DNA from: Rozella allomycis CSF55
Lineage: Eukaryota
Length of the DNA stretch: 64,000 nucleotides
Direction of reading: 5' to 3'
NCBI GenBank assembly: GCA_000442015.1
Contig: KE560903.1
Coordinates: 1-64,000, forward strand
The position numbers and the translations under genes are program-made. Each line of letters opens with the position of its first letter. The stretch's first letter is position 1. The notes below the pieces were generated by a model. That model ran no database searches and was not told the DNA's origin. It saw only the letters and a list, made by a program, of their open reading frames with translations. Shown one piece after another: positions 11,571 through 24,812 of the stretch.

Positions 11571-13624
11571 TTAATGTTTATATCTTTTATACAACTTATA
11601 AATTAATGATCCAGTCATTATGAAAACAAAAACGCCGCCAGCAGCAAAAAGAACAATTGTTAAGGTGTCAGTGTACCAGGGACCCTTGACGCAAACACCA
11701 TTTTTACAACGACCATTTGAAGCGCATTCAGTCCCATCTCTGAAGAATGCAGATGTATCAAAACAAACACCAGCAATACTGCAACTCATTTGGCACGACG
11801 ATGAGGGCGCACAACTATTTTTGGCGCCCCATCTTTGACCGATTACTTGACATTGATAATCTCTGCTGGTACAAACACCTGAAGCGCAATACATGTTTGA
11901 CAATCCATTAACAGCAGGACAGCTTGTGCCATCCACAAGTACATTGGTGGGTGGACAGGTACTTGAACTTCCATCACACGTTTCAGAGGAATTACAAAAT
12001 CCAGTTGAATTCCTGCATAGAGTTCCTTTTGGTGATATTTGACAAGAATTGGTGCAACATTTATCGTTTGTTGGACTGTTAAAGTTGTAAATCAAATTTA
12101 CCTGCATTTAGCATTTGCTGTGAGAGTGCAATTCAAAGTGCAGCAGCTATCGTTAAGACAATTGGCGCCGCAATCACATTCTTCATTTCCTTCTCTAATT
12201 CCATTTCCACACACAGCTTCCCCTGTTTGAACGGCCCCATCAATTTCATTTAAACATTTTCCATCCAGTGATCCCAGCAATGAACAAATTGAATTTTTCG
12301 CGCAGGGACTGAAATTATTTGTCGTGCCACTTTGAAGAACCGGCGTCATCACAAACTCACTTTGACAGTCACAACCATCAGTGTTTGAACAAGGACAGCA
12401 ATCCAAACACCCTGAACCAGCACAATTACATCCAGAAACACAATCATGCATTGCGCCTTTTAAAATATTTCAACTTATTTACCAAGCAGATGCCCGATTT
12501 CATGCTCTAACACTTTGATTCCAAGCGACGATGTCACCACAGAGACACCTACACCTGACTGCATGCTTCCTGTTATTGAGGGCGCATTACTTCCAACACA
12601 CGCCATGCCTCGATAAGCTACCCCTACTGTTCCACCAGTACTTATAATAAACTCATATAACTGTTTACTTGCAGAGAGTTAACTAGAATATTACTAAATA
12701 ATCATCTTTTACCATATGCCAGATGCCAGCATCGTCATTTTGCGTGTTTATTCTCCACACAGAAAAGTCAGACAGCCTTTGTGAAATTGTATACGAGTTT
12801 GAGCACGGGACATTCCAGTTCTTGGATTCAGTAGTTGTACAAGTGTCAAATGCAACTATTTTTGCAATTTGGAAAATCAAATTAAAGTTTGTTCTGTATA
12901 CATTGTTTAATTGTGAAACATAAAGAATGGCTTGTGTTGTGGCTTGATTCACCCCGCCATTCGCTTGCACAAAATTGCAATCCAATGCAAGTCCCTTTCA
13001 AAATATTCAATTTATTTTACCAGTTTCATCATTTTCAAACTGCTTGGGCATCCTGTGTCAGCTCTTTTAATAAATGGGTTTTTTCGGACAGCTCTGGTCA
13101 TTGATTCTTCATAGCCACAAATTTTCTCTTGACTTTCTTCATCTCGCTTAAAAAAATATTTTGATTTGTTAAGTTTCCAATCCCCATTATCCATTGATAT
13201 GTCGGACACTGTTTTTGAAGACCTCATTATTCCAAGGCACCTCCATAATAATTTTAACGAAACATTACTTTAACCCATTTTCACAATACAAGCTTAAAAA
13301 TAAATCCTTTTCTTCTTCGTTGAATCTATTATTGTAATCCAGTGTCAATTTAGAGTTAACAAGAAACCCCGCGTTATTTGTATTGTATGAAATGTCTCGC
13401 TCAATGTTTCCTTTATAGCATATTATAGCAAAATCTTCTCGTTTTAGTTTGCATATCCTTATATTGAATGAGGTTGAAGCTCCATTTTCAATTAGCCTGG
13501 CAAATGGTAATGTCCGGTCCCATTGATCATTGTTATTATTCGAAAAGGCCACTTGAATAATGTTCTCTGCATTGATCACTAAAAGAAACCATATAGTAAA
13601 CAATGCAAAGGGTCTGAGGGTCAT
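11571..13624 (-). CDS. ADAM-family metalloprotease-disintegrin, type I membrane protein
   Basis: Signal peptide, spliced HEIGHLLGAMHD zinc motif, VCGNGIREGNEECDCG disintegrin, Cys-rich region and C-terminal TM. Confidence 0.92.
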
Positions 13625-14087
13625 TAAGGATTTCCGATAATTTGGAAATTGCATTAATTAAGCTATATTCCAAACCCCGCTCAATACTTCAAACAAAAGG
13701 GAAAAAATTAAAAGATGGCAATGTATTCTAATTATGTCAAAAATTAGTTTTCGAATACCTCACTATTTTCAATTCATTCTTTGTTTGCAAATAATATTTC
13801 TACTGGACTTCACAAGTCTTTTTGATCAATATTTTAGAGAGGTATATCTTAATCCTATGGATATGTTGCGCTCACTTCTTTGTTGCTGCGCCATTACAGA
13901 AAACGATGAAGCGATTTTTCTCTCATAAGGGGCCAATTGCAGAATATCCTTTTATTCATATTGATAAATTTTCAAATTCAGACGCCTGTTATGCATACCT
14001 ACTAACACATGCACATTCAGGTAACAGCAACATTGGAAATCAAAAAGATCACCATCAAGGAATAGAAAATGTAGATAAAGCCACAAT

Positions 14088-15200
14088 AGACTTGTACTTT
14101 AATTTATCGCCCAACGTAAATACCGATAAACCGATATTTATCGATCATTTATCGATAAGAACGATATTAAAAAGCGCTTTAGGACGATGACGGTAATTAT
14201 CGATAATTTATCGATCACCTGACTATAGTAGTACGGTAAAGCTTAATTACCGTAACATTATAGCGATAAAGAACTATAATTAAAAAAGAAGCAAATTAAG
14301 CCTAATCTAATTTAAATCTATGGATTACTTTCTTTCATTTCTNTCTAAAGGATTCAAAAATAATTTCACTGTAGTTTCACCCAACATGCCGTTTTCTGTC
14401 CTTTATGAAGAAGAGCACACAACAATTACCCCCATTTCTTGCCCTCATATAACAGGATCTTTGATGTAATGTTATTTGATATGTTTAACAAGGTTCCTGA
14501 TCCAAGGCTGTGGCCCAACTGTGTTATTTACAGGAGATGTTAGACTTGAAAAGGATTATGTTGAAAAATTGCTTATTGAGTATCCGTGCTTACTAAATTT
14601 GAATGTCTTATACCTCNTTACCAAAGTTCATTTTAAGGAAATATGAATTTTACGTTCATAGCTATCAAGCTTCATTATTGAGTATGACATCGCATGGCCT
14701 CTCAAGCGGTCGAAAGTTAGGGTTTCCATTGACTTGGGATAGCTCCCAGGTGCCAGGAAGCTCTTCGCATATGGTTAAGATAGGCTTTGGAGATAGTGGA
14801 GATAGACTCTATCAGATGCAGATTATTCGATAAGGTTTACATTGCTCCATTTCAAGGACCAGGGTTGATCATGTGGAATTTTCTGATTTACCCGGAATTA
14901 GCTACATCATTTGACACAGAGTCTTTACTAAATATTGTGCGGTTTCATACACTTAAAATAACCCGAAAATACTTATGCAAAATACTGGAATTTCTTTCAA
15001 ATGGGCAATATTCAATAAAGCGCTATTATCGATTTATCGTTTTTATCGAAATTCACTCATTACCGATGATACCGATATAAATCGATCTTTACCGATAATG
15101 TAGGTCGGTAAACCGATCGTCAAAAATTGACTATAAATTATCGGTAAAGATCGATTTATATCGGTATCATCGGTAATTTTATAGATATAAGTACAAGTCT
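14088..15200. mobile_element. TIR DNA transposon, internally gapped by Ns
   Basis: 12-bp perfect TIR AGACTTGTACTT/AAGTACAAGTCT; AAT (or TA) target duplication; subterminal ACCGAT/ATCGAT repeats at both ends; removal restores the host reading frame. Confidence 0.8.
15059..15177. repeat. 41-bp perfect inverted repeat in the right subterminal region of the element
   Basis: 15059-15099 is the exact reverse complement of 15137-15177. Confidence 0.95.
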
Positions 15201-16435
15201 AATAATATACTGCTCTATTGAAACAAAAAAGATCATGAAATCTAAAGGATTCAACAATAATTTCATTGTAGTTTCACCCAACATGCCGTTTTCTGTCCTT
15301 TATGAAGAAGAGCACACAACAATTACCCCCATTTCTTGCCCTCATATAACAGGATCTTTGATGTAATGTTATTTGATTTGTTTAACAAGGTTTCTGATCC
15401 AAGGCTGTGGCCCAACTGTGTTATAAAAGGATTATGTTGAAAAATTGGTTATTGAGTATCTGTGCTTACGGAAATTGAATGTCTTATACCTCGACTGCAC
15501 ATTCTTCAATCCATATTTCAAAGCGTTTCCTCTTTTGGTAAATTGAATGTTTTGAATTTCACAGAGTGAATCTATTTCAAATATTATTTCATGGGTGACT
15601 AATCTTCCCTCAAATGCGCCTATTAATTTGAATCTTGCAATGTTAGGCTACGAAAATCTACTATCAGCGCTAATAGATACATTTGAGATTGATGTGTTTC
15701 ATGTTTCTAGAAAGGTTTTAGATTTGTATGAATGCTTTCCAAGGCTCAGAAAGTATTTTTCGACTACAAATGATAAGACTCGATTTCATATTGGCTGTAA
15801 ATGCTATGAAATGAAACGGCTNATTCTATGAATGCTTTCCAAGGCTCAGAAAGTATTTTTCCACTACAAACGATAAGACTCGATTTCATATTGGCTGTAA
15901 ATGCTATGAAATGAAACGGCTGTACAGTATTAGACCGTGTGCGCAGTATTTCGGATTTGAGCCAAAAGATAATGACAATGCTTTTCCTTCAATTTTAAAG
16001 ATTGATGAATTCAATTATGTAAAAATTCATTGTATATTCAATCAGAGAGCGCTTTTTTCAATGCATTCATCTCATGATGAAATTTTGGAGTTTATAAAGT
16101 TGTTGAATCCGGAAAAGGTTGTGCCTATTGCACTTTATGATAAAACGGATTTGAAGTACCTGAAATCTTCGTGGAATTCAAATGTAATCTGCTAATTATC
16201 TAGTCAATTTCAGGTCGAATTGTCAACGGATCAATCAAGGAGCTTTGCACGACACGTTAAAGTGCAAAAGAAACTAATTGTAATAAAAGAAAGAGAATCT
16301 TATTTTGTAATCCCCTACTAGAATACTAAAGGTTACTAAAAGATATAACCATAAAGCATTTATTATAGCATATAATAAAAATTTCATGATTCATGATTTC
16401 TATTGGCATTCTGTTTAACAATTTGTAAATTTCGA

Positions 16436-19400
16436 ATGTTCCTTGAATGGATAGAATCTCTCGGCCTATTATCATCTGACCCACGTAAACAGATAAATGT
16501 GCGCATACAAAGACTCTAACATTTTGGGCCGCTTTCCGTTGCATTTAAAGCGAGCATTGATAGAGCCTGTATCATCGTACCTGGTACTAGCAGACTATGC
16601 GATCCTGACGTCACCGTCGCATGTGAACTGGTGTTTGGAGGTGTTGGGACAGGGCATGACTCTCCCAATTGATGATTTTTCGGTGATTAACCAGTGTATC
16701 CATGTGTATTCGGTGTGGTTGTTGGAGCCATTGAAGCGCCCAGGGCCGTTGATGGGCAACCCGCTTCCGTTCTACCAGGTATTTTTTCGAGTGATGTTTT
16801 GTAGAAAATGATCAAGCAGTTGTCGCTGGTGTTCCAGGTGCGGGGTGCTGACGAGTCTAAATCGTCGATTAATAAGCATATTGATTTGTGTAGGAATACG
16901 TTAAAGTTGTATTTGAATGTTGTGCGATCTGTTGGACGGGAGTTTGATGTGGAGACGTGGCATGTGATGTTGAAGGTGTTGTTGGGGGTTAATGATTATT
17001 TGTTAAAGGAGAATATGTCGCCATCGTTGAATATGGCGGATGAGTTGAGTGAGAATTTGCTGTGGGTGTTGTTTGAGGGATGGTTGAGGGGCAATGTGAG
17101 TGATGTGGGGATGTGGAATTTGTTTAAAGTAAGGATTGATGGGGGAATATAAAGACGTTGTTTGCAAAGTGGATCCATAGACAGCAGAGTATTGTGTATT
17201 GGCAGGCGTTTTCGTATGCATTGATGAAGAGGGCTATAAGAGCATTGTATGGACCATCTGAAGGAGATGAAAATGTGCATGTTAATTTGTAGAAATATTC
17301 TATTTTAATGATGATAGAGAGTCGAATTATTTTGTTCTTGATTTGAAGCCAGAAATGTCGTTTTATGTTTTCCAGAAAATATTTTGTAAATTTACAGATT
17401 AGATGAATAACAGATTTGCTTCCATCTGTTTCTGTGTTGAATGGAAGCAATTTCAAGTTGGCGATTCAAGTATGTTATAATTTGATGGAAGAGAGGGGAT
17501 AGGAAAGATTGTTGATTCGCTGCATCAAGTGGGAAAACTGTCTACAGCTACACCGCCTGATGGGAATACGATTGTGTCGCTTGTTGGGCATTGGCTGTTT
17601 GCTGGAATAGTGAAGCCAGGGTCAGAGTAAAGATAGATTCTTATTGGAGAAAGATCTGAAGATGGAAGATCAGAGGCGATTGCAATATTGTGCAAAATAT
17701 TTACAAGAAAACAAAGAAGAGAATTATTTTCAGATGTTTTTATTTTGAGATTTTATTCAGCACTAACGATTGTAAGATGATTGATTTATTTGTAGAGGCG
17801 ATGAAGGGGGATATTTCCAGTTTGATTTCTGTTTTAGAATTTAGTGAAGATTTATTTTGTTCAAATTTGAAGCAAGTTTTAATTTTGATTCCAGATTTCC
17901 TTGCAGCGATTAAGCGAGTGTTGAGGGTAGAATTTAAAGATAATTGATAATAAAGTATACGAGGGCTATTCAGAATGCATTTTCAGCGACAGATTTTGTT
18001 AGAAAATGTTCATTTAAAATATTAGCGTCAATTTGTGGTCAATTGAATGTGTTTGGGAAATGCCAGGGTGGATCATTGAAGACCCTTGTTCCAGAAGAAA
18101 CATTAATTTGGAAATCTGTAAGCTTAGATTAATTTAATTTAAATAAAAGATATCAAATTGTTATGAAATTCCAATAACGTATTTGCCAAATGATTTTGAG
18201 GGATTGAAGCCAATAGTGTTAGATTTGTTGATAACAGCATTGTACAATGAGAATAATTTGATGAATACAAAATTGATTTTAAATTTGTTGGAATTTTTTG
18301 CTATTCAAGAATCAAAAAGAAATCCAATGGTGGCTGGGTTAATCTTGAGATTTGTTCAAGAAAAGATTTCATCAGCAGCATCATGGAATTCATTAGCAAC
18401 AATTGAAGGATTAAAGTTTATGACTAGATTAACTTTTCTTTCTGAAATAATATTGAAATTTAGTAGTGAAATTGTGAGTTTTCTAGTTTATTCTTTGATT
18501 TCATTTCTGGATGATTTAGTTTATACAAATGGAGAAATTTCTGTAATGAAACATTCAATTATTTGTGTTAAAGATTGGCTTTTGATAAACAATTGGTGCA
18601 ACGATTCAACTTTGATTGAACAAACATTAACAATTCTAGTTAAAATAATTCAACAGTTTGATCCAAATGAAGAATCATTTAAAAAGGGAAAAAGATTCAA
18701 CAATTCTGGTAGATCTTCTAGTTTAACAAATTCATCAATTGGAAGTAATAATCTAATTCAATCTAAATGGCAACAAACTTCTTCTTTTTTTAGCACAATA
18801 ACCCCAAGTTTTTCTTTAAATGTTTCTGAAATTCATTTTAAAGATTTAAAATTGGTGGCTGAGTTGGCTCTTGGTTCAATTTTATCAACTTTAAATTTTG
18901 GGATGACGATGAGTAAAAGTTTGAATTCACCTTTGAAGAGTTCAACTTTTAATTCAAAGATTAATAATTCTTATTTTATTGTCAATAATTCAATTTTGTT
19001 GTGCATTCATCAACAACCTCTAAAAGATTCTGCTATTGTTATTTTTAGATCAACTTTTGGTAAATGGGCTTGGCAAATGAAATTGGAAACTTTTGTCAAA
19101 GAAGAGTTAGGAGTAATGGAGGGAGAAGTTGATAAGGATAGAGTAGTTGATAAGGATAAAGTGGATGATAAGATAGGTGAAGTAGTTGATAAAGTAGTTG
19201 AGAAGAGGGATAACGTAGTTGATGTTAAATTAGATGTTGATGATAACGTAGCTGATGCTTGTTCAAAGGATATAAATGAAATGATTGAAAATGAAAATAA
19301 AATTTTAAAACTTTTGGAAAATTGCGAATCTAAAATTAATAAACCACCCCCTGTAGATTCAAGTGGTCACATGGCTACTTTGTTAATGGCACAGTTGGGA

Positions 19401-20424
19401 TTTCTTTCTTCAACTTCAAGAAAAGAAATTATTCCAATTCCATTAAATGATAGATTAAACAGAGAATTAGATGAACTAGAATCTCTAAAAGATAAAATTT
19501 GTTCTTCTTGTTCAATCTTTTATGCTCCCATAGGATCTAAATCTTCAAAAGATTTATTTGAACCAGAATCTTCAATCCCTGCAGATTTCTCAAACTTTCT
19601 TTCTTCAATTGGAATTCTAGTAAATTTCTTCAATTTTTGTTTCTAAAAATAGATTGACATTAAAAGCCACATTAGATTCAAAGGAAATTTAGATTCAAAA
19701 TTTTGTAAATTAGCGCCATATTATTCAAACAGAAATTACGAAATCATCTTCAATGTTCCCCTCCTATTTGATTTAGATTCTCTCTTGAAAAAGAGCGACG
19801 TTTCAACCTCCAAATCAGTTCCAAATCTAAAAGCAATTGACATGGATGATGATTCAAATACTCTAATGAAAGAATTAGATTCTTCTTCAAAGTTAACTAA
19901 AAAACCTTCCATTTATCACGCTGGCTCTTCTCGCTCTCTACAAACAATCTCTTCATTTACAAATCCTCATTCAATCTACGATTCTGTTCGCAAAATACTC
20001 AAAGATGATCCAACTTGTATCGTTTGGATTGAAGATGAATCTGACATATTCAACCTCAAACCTCTCCTCTCTTCCCTCTGCTCTTATTCAACCTGCATCT
20101 TTGTTCAACCACTCTTTCATGATCTATTCAGAATCAAAGTCTGCACACTGGATCCTTCCTTAAAAGATGATTCTATTTGCTTTGGTCCTGCTGTCGATGG
20201 CGCAGTGGTTGACAAGTCTATTCTCGGATCCCTTCTTCAAATGGCGGTCATCTCGGCTACAACATCCGTTCTCGTAGACATTAAGAATCAGAACCCTCTA
20301 ATTGCGCGCAAAAAGTTTCTAGATGAATTGTTTGCTACCTACAAGCAATTCTCAAGTAACACGCTATGCAAGTATGACTTTTGTTTGATATTATTCTAGC
20401 TTGGCTGATTTTCTCTTTGAATAG
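16436..20424 (+). CDS. RALGAPB: Ral GTPase-activating protein beta subunit-like
   Basis: Spliced N-terminus MFLEWIESL...SNILGRFP, HVNWCLEVLGQGMTLP, PPDGNTIV and RSTFGKWAWQM; degenerate Rap/Ran-GAP C-terminus (FGPAVDGAVV). Confidence 0.8.
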
Positions 20425-20842
20425 CAGAATTTATTAAAATAAACTAAATAAACTATTTGTATGTTCATATTAAATATAAAAATATAAATTTCTTTCAGTT
20501 TCTTCATGTGCTCATGTTCCGATCTTAATACGGGAGAATGATGAGAAGTAGTACAGTAAAATTTTCCCAATAAATAGAAAACCATACGACTCTCATAGCC
20601 TTTTGTTCTCGGATGACTTTGATCAAGTAATTTAGACAAATAAGTTAAAAAAATATGCAAAGTTTATACACTCTAGTCTTTGACTCTTTAGTCTTAGTGT
20701 CAAAGTTGCTACTACTAGATGGAAGTACCACTTCTAATTACAAGTTTTTGATTACAATTTGAGAATACATGTTATTGTTTCATGATTAAATATTATGCAG
20801 TTCGTTTCCATTGAAATTGTAAAACATTTTCGCTCTCATATA

Positions 20843-20914
20843 TCTTTCGTAGTATAATGGTTAGTATCTCCGCCTGTCACGCGGAAGACCTGGGTTCAAT
20901 TCCCAGCGAAAGAG
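20843..20914 (+). tRNA. tRNA-Asp (GTC)
   Basis: Acceptor TCTTTCG/CGAAAGA, D-arm TAGTATAATGG, anticodon loop CTGTCAC, T-loop GGTTCAATTCC, downstream TTTT. Confidence 0.95.
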
Positions 20915-21018
20915 TTTTGCCATTTTTCTCAAAAATCTCACTTCATTACACTTTTCGAAGTATTGAAACTTTTCGACATTTCGTTGAGACTTAAAGATTT
21001 GAAAGAATATTCTCCGAT

Positions 21019-22783
21019 ATGGCTCAAACTTTAAAACAAACATTTCTTCCAGATATCAACGGCCCAAAAGAAAATTCATCTTTTATTATCTCTCCCAAGA
21101 TACGCAGAATGCTGAAAAACTCAACTTTGAAATCAGCCATTGAACCAATATCCCCAGACAAAAAGGTCTTGGCCAGAAACGAAGTCATCTATTATTCTAA
21201 AACATTCAAAGAAATAGTCAATGAAAAAACCGCCAGACAGCAAGTACAATATTATATAATTTCAAATCAGAATGTCATGAAATTGGGGTTTCTATCAAAC
21301 GAATATTCAACTTACAAGGCTTTGGGTAAATCAATTTCATACTAAATAATTGGGTGATCCAGTATTGGATTCTGAAGCTCTTTTAGTTTCTACATTGTTT
21401 CCACCAGACCCAGCAAATAATAATGACAGAAAAATCACATCTGCAGCCTTGTCGTAAGAATAATGAATTATTTATAAAGAACAAACACGGAACAAAAGAA
21501 TGAAATCGGACCCCCAATATTAATTATTGAGGATACTCAATTATTGAAGAGGACTGAATACACACCTTCTGGTAAACGAAATCGCTGCGTGCATAAAAGA
21601 AAAGGGATTGAGTGATGTAACGGAAAGAGGGCGCTTTAAAAATGGATACGATATTCTGTGTGAAAAGATTAATCAGGCGGGACAGCAAACTCGGGCGGTC
21701 AAGGTACCTGTAGACTATTTGAATGATGGCAGCTTGGGAGAAAATATATGGAGACCTTTGATAACAAGAAAAGAGAAGCGGAAATTGAACTAGAGAGGAA
21801 GCATAACGAGCCCCTTCCAGATGGGAAAGTTATTGATGTGAGGAATTGGGCGTTTGACATGCAGAGAAAAAAGACCGTGCAAGAAATGTTTAATGCTAAT
21901 TCTAATGCTGATCCACATCATGAATTGTAACTTGTGATGATGCATAAAATAGGGATACTAAATCGATTGCTACGGTTAGTGTGTCTCTCGAAAATCAGGC
22001 CGAGCGAGTTGAGATAAAATCAAAATCAGCGGCTAAAAAATTAACAAATTCAAAAAGACTTGCCAATAAAATAAATTACTGGACAAACCAATTCTATGAA
22101 CAAAGGGAATCTTTGAACGCATCATTGAATAATAAATTGCAATCTTATGAAGATGAAAGACAAGCTAATTTTAGGCGCAAATATAAAAGTTTTGAAGCGC
22201 ATTATGTAAGAAAGAAAAGTTTGTTTAAAATAGAATGTTGATTGTGCAGTTGATTTTAGTCGAATGAGGAGTATGGCGCGGCAGCTAAAGGTGGATGAAA
22301 AGTTGAAAGAAATGAAAGATGTTTCATGGTACGACGAGTTTATTGGAATGCTGACACCTAAATTTGGAAACATGCTGTTGATACAGACAAAGAACTACAT
22401 TAAACCTACTGAAACGTTGGAAGAGAAACTAATCAGCAAGATAAAATCGTAATATTATGAAAGTTCTCATAAAAGATTTATTGAGAATGATGTTCCATTC
22501 AATAAGAATACATTTAAAATGGTGTTGAAGAGTTTTAATTCGAGTGAATTTAATAAAGAAACAATACAAAGAGCGTTCCGATTTTTGAAAATGCATGCTG
22601 TAAAAAGGACGATTCATTTATATAGTTTAAATTGACGGAGCGAGATTATTTGAATTTGCTTGAAGAAATTGGACTTGAAGAAACAAAGCAGCCCAGTACC
22701 AATGATGTCACACCGCTTTCTGGAACAAGATTATCATTGGCACATCAAAAAGGATCAATTTCACGAAACTCTCTTAATCCTTG
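21019..22783 (+). CDS. Hypothetical multi-exon coiled-coil protein
   Basis: Chain of ORFs separated by about 30-nt GT-AG introns; no recognised motif. Confidence 0.55.
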
Positions 22784-22956
22784 AATTAATGCATTTCTAA
22801 TAAATTATCTAGCAAAAAATCTTTCTAGTCGCGAATTACGAAAGATTAGTAATAGCACTTTAAAAAGTACTTATTATTTAATTCATTCTATCATTCCATC
22901 ATTTCCATCAGTTTTATATTTGTATATTTCCCTTGTGACCCCTGTCGAAAAAAAGT

Positions 22957-24704
22957 ATGACTGAAACTACAGCCAACTTGCATGCTGATCCAGTTACTGG
23001 AGAAATGGTGTCTAAATCGTAAGAATAAAATGTGATAAAAATAAAGTGAATTGAAACGCCGTATGAAGCAACGTGAAAAGGAAGCCAAAAAGGCTAGTCA
23101 GCCAGCTCCGGTTGTTGCGGCCAAAGAAGAGAAAGAAAAGGCTGTTGAAGAAGAGGAGCTTGATCCTAGTGTAAGAGAATGATGATGGCATAAGATAGCA
23201 ATATTTTGAAATGAGGTCAAGAGAGATCAACAAGTTGAGAGTGGAGGGAGAGTATCCATATCCACACAAGTTTAAGGTTACAATGAGTATAACTGAATTT
23301 ATTGAAAAGTATGATTATTTGAAGGAAGGAGAACATTTGGAAGAAATTGAAGTTTGTGTTGCTGGAAGAGTTCACAATAAGAGATCTAGTGGCAATAAAT
23401 TACACTTTTATGATTTGCATGGGGAAGGAAAGAAGGTGCAAATCATGGCGCAGTCACAATATGGAGAAGGAGAAAAATTTGTTGAATCGCATGAAGAGGT
23501 GAGAAGAGGAGATATTGTTGGAGTGAGAGGATTCCCTGGTAAATCCAAGAAGGGAGAATTGTCTGTGTTTTGTAGGGAGATTAAGAGATTGACGCCATGT
23601 CTTCATCAATTGCCAAAGGCGCATTATGGATTGAAGGACCAAGAAACGAGATACAGACAAAGATATTTAGATCTGATAATGAATGGGGAAGTTAGAAATA
23701 GATTTATAGCCAGATCTAAGATTATTAATTATGTTAGAAGATTTTTAGATAATTTAGGATTTCTTGAAGTTGAAACTCCAATGATGAACATGATTGCAGG
23801 GGGTGCGACTGCTAAGCCATTCATTACTCATCATAACGATTTGAATATGGATCTTTACATGAGAATAGCGCCTGAACTTTATTTAAAAATGTTGGTTGTT
23901 GGTGGGATGGACAGAGTTTATGAATTGGGAAAACAATTTAGAAACGAAGGAATTGATTTGACCCACAACCCTGAATTTACTACTTGTGAATTTTATATGG
24001 CGTACGCTGACTACAACGATTTGATTTCTATTACAGAACAAATGCTGTCTGGAATGGTCAAATCTATCACTGGAAGCTACAAAATAAAATATTCGCCAGC
24101 TGAAGGAAAAGAATGGATTCTTGACTTCACCCCTCCATTCAAAAAAGTTGATTTGATTTCTGAATTAGAAAGAGAATTAAACGTCAAATTCCCTCCTTTG
24201 ACTGAATTCGCTTCTGATGAAATGAATTCCTTTTTAAACAACCTTTGCTTGAAACACAACGTTGATTGTTCCCCTCCAAGAACCTCTGCTCGTTTATTAG
24301 ATAAATTGGTTGGTGAGTTTATTGAAGAAAGATGTTTAAATCCAACGTTTATCATGAATCATCCTCAATTAATGTCTCCTCTCGCAAAGGCTCATCGTTC
24401 TATCCCTGGTCTCACTGAAAGATTTGAACTCTTTGTTGCCACTAAAGAAATTTGCAACGCTTACACCGAATTAAACGATCCTTTCGACCAAAGAGAACGC
24501 TTTGAACAACAAGCTAAAGACAAGGCTGCTGGTGACGATGAAGCTCAATTAATCGATGAAAACTTTTGCACTTCTCTTGAATATGGTCTCCCTCCAACTG
24601 CTGGATGGGGTTTAGGCTTGGATCGTCTCACAATGTTCCTCACCAACACAAACAACATTAAAGAAGTCTTACTCTTTCCTGCTATGAAACCAATCGATCA
24701 ATAA
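22957..24704 (+). CDS. KRS1: Lysyl-tRNA synthetase (class II, cytosolic type)
   Basis: [37 protein letters not shown] and [17 protein letters not shown]; two 28-nt 5' introns. Confidence 0.98.
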
Positions 24705-24812
24705 ATAAACTATTAAACATTTATAAAATATCTTATCTCTTGAAGTTGTAATTATATATGGTACAGGAAAGTGCTTGATGTTAAAAGTAGATTTAGGAAA
24801 AAGTGACAAAAA

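Larger units (their letters stand above)
13906..16321 (+). pseudogene. Artemis/SNM1 (DCLRE1C-like) MBL/beta-CASP nuclease; as assembled, disrupted by a TIR element and a deletion, with a fragment of an intact allele embedded
   Basis: IAEYPFIHIDKF, LTHAHSDH, CPHITGSLM, LFTGDVR (only in the 14344-14616 copy), LYLDCTF and FSMHSSHDE. Confidence 0.8.

Noticed and set aside
15727-15921. Tandem duplication in the Artemis 3' part
   Set aside because: Centred on N 15822; an assembly overlap
20430-20700. Possible C/D snoRNA (ATGATGA near 20539) or small minus-strand ORF
   Set aside because: No matching D box or terminal stem, and no protein motif
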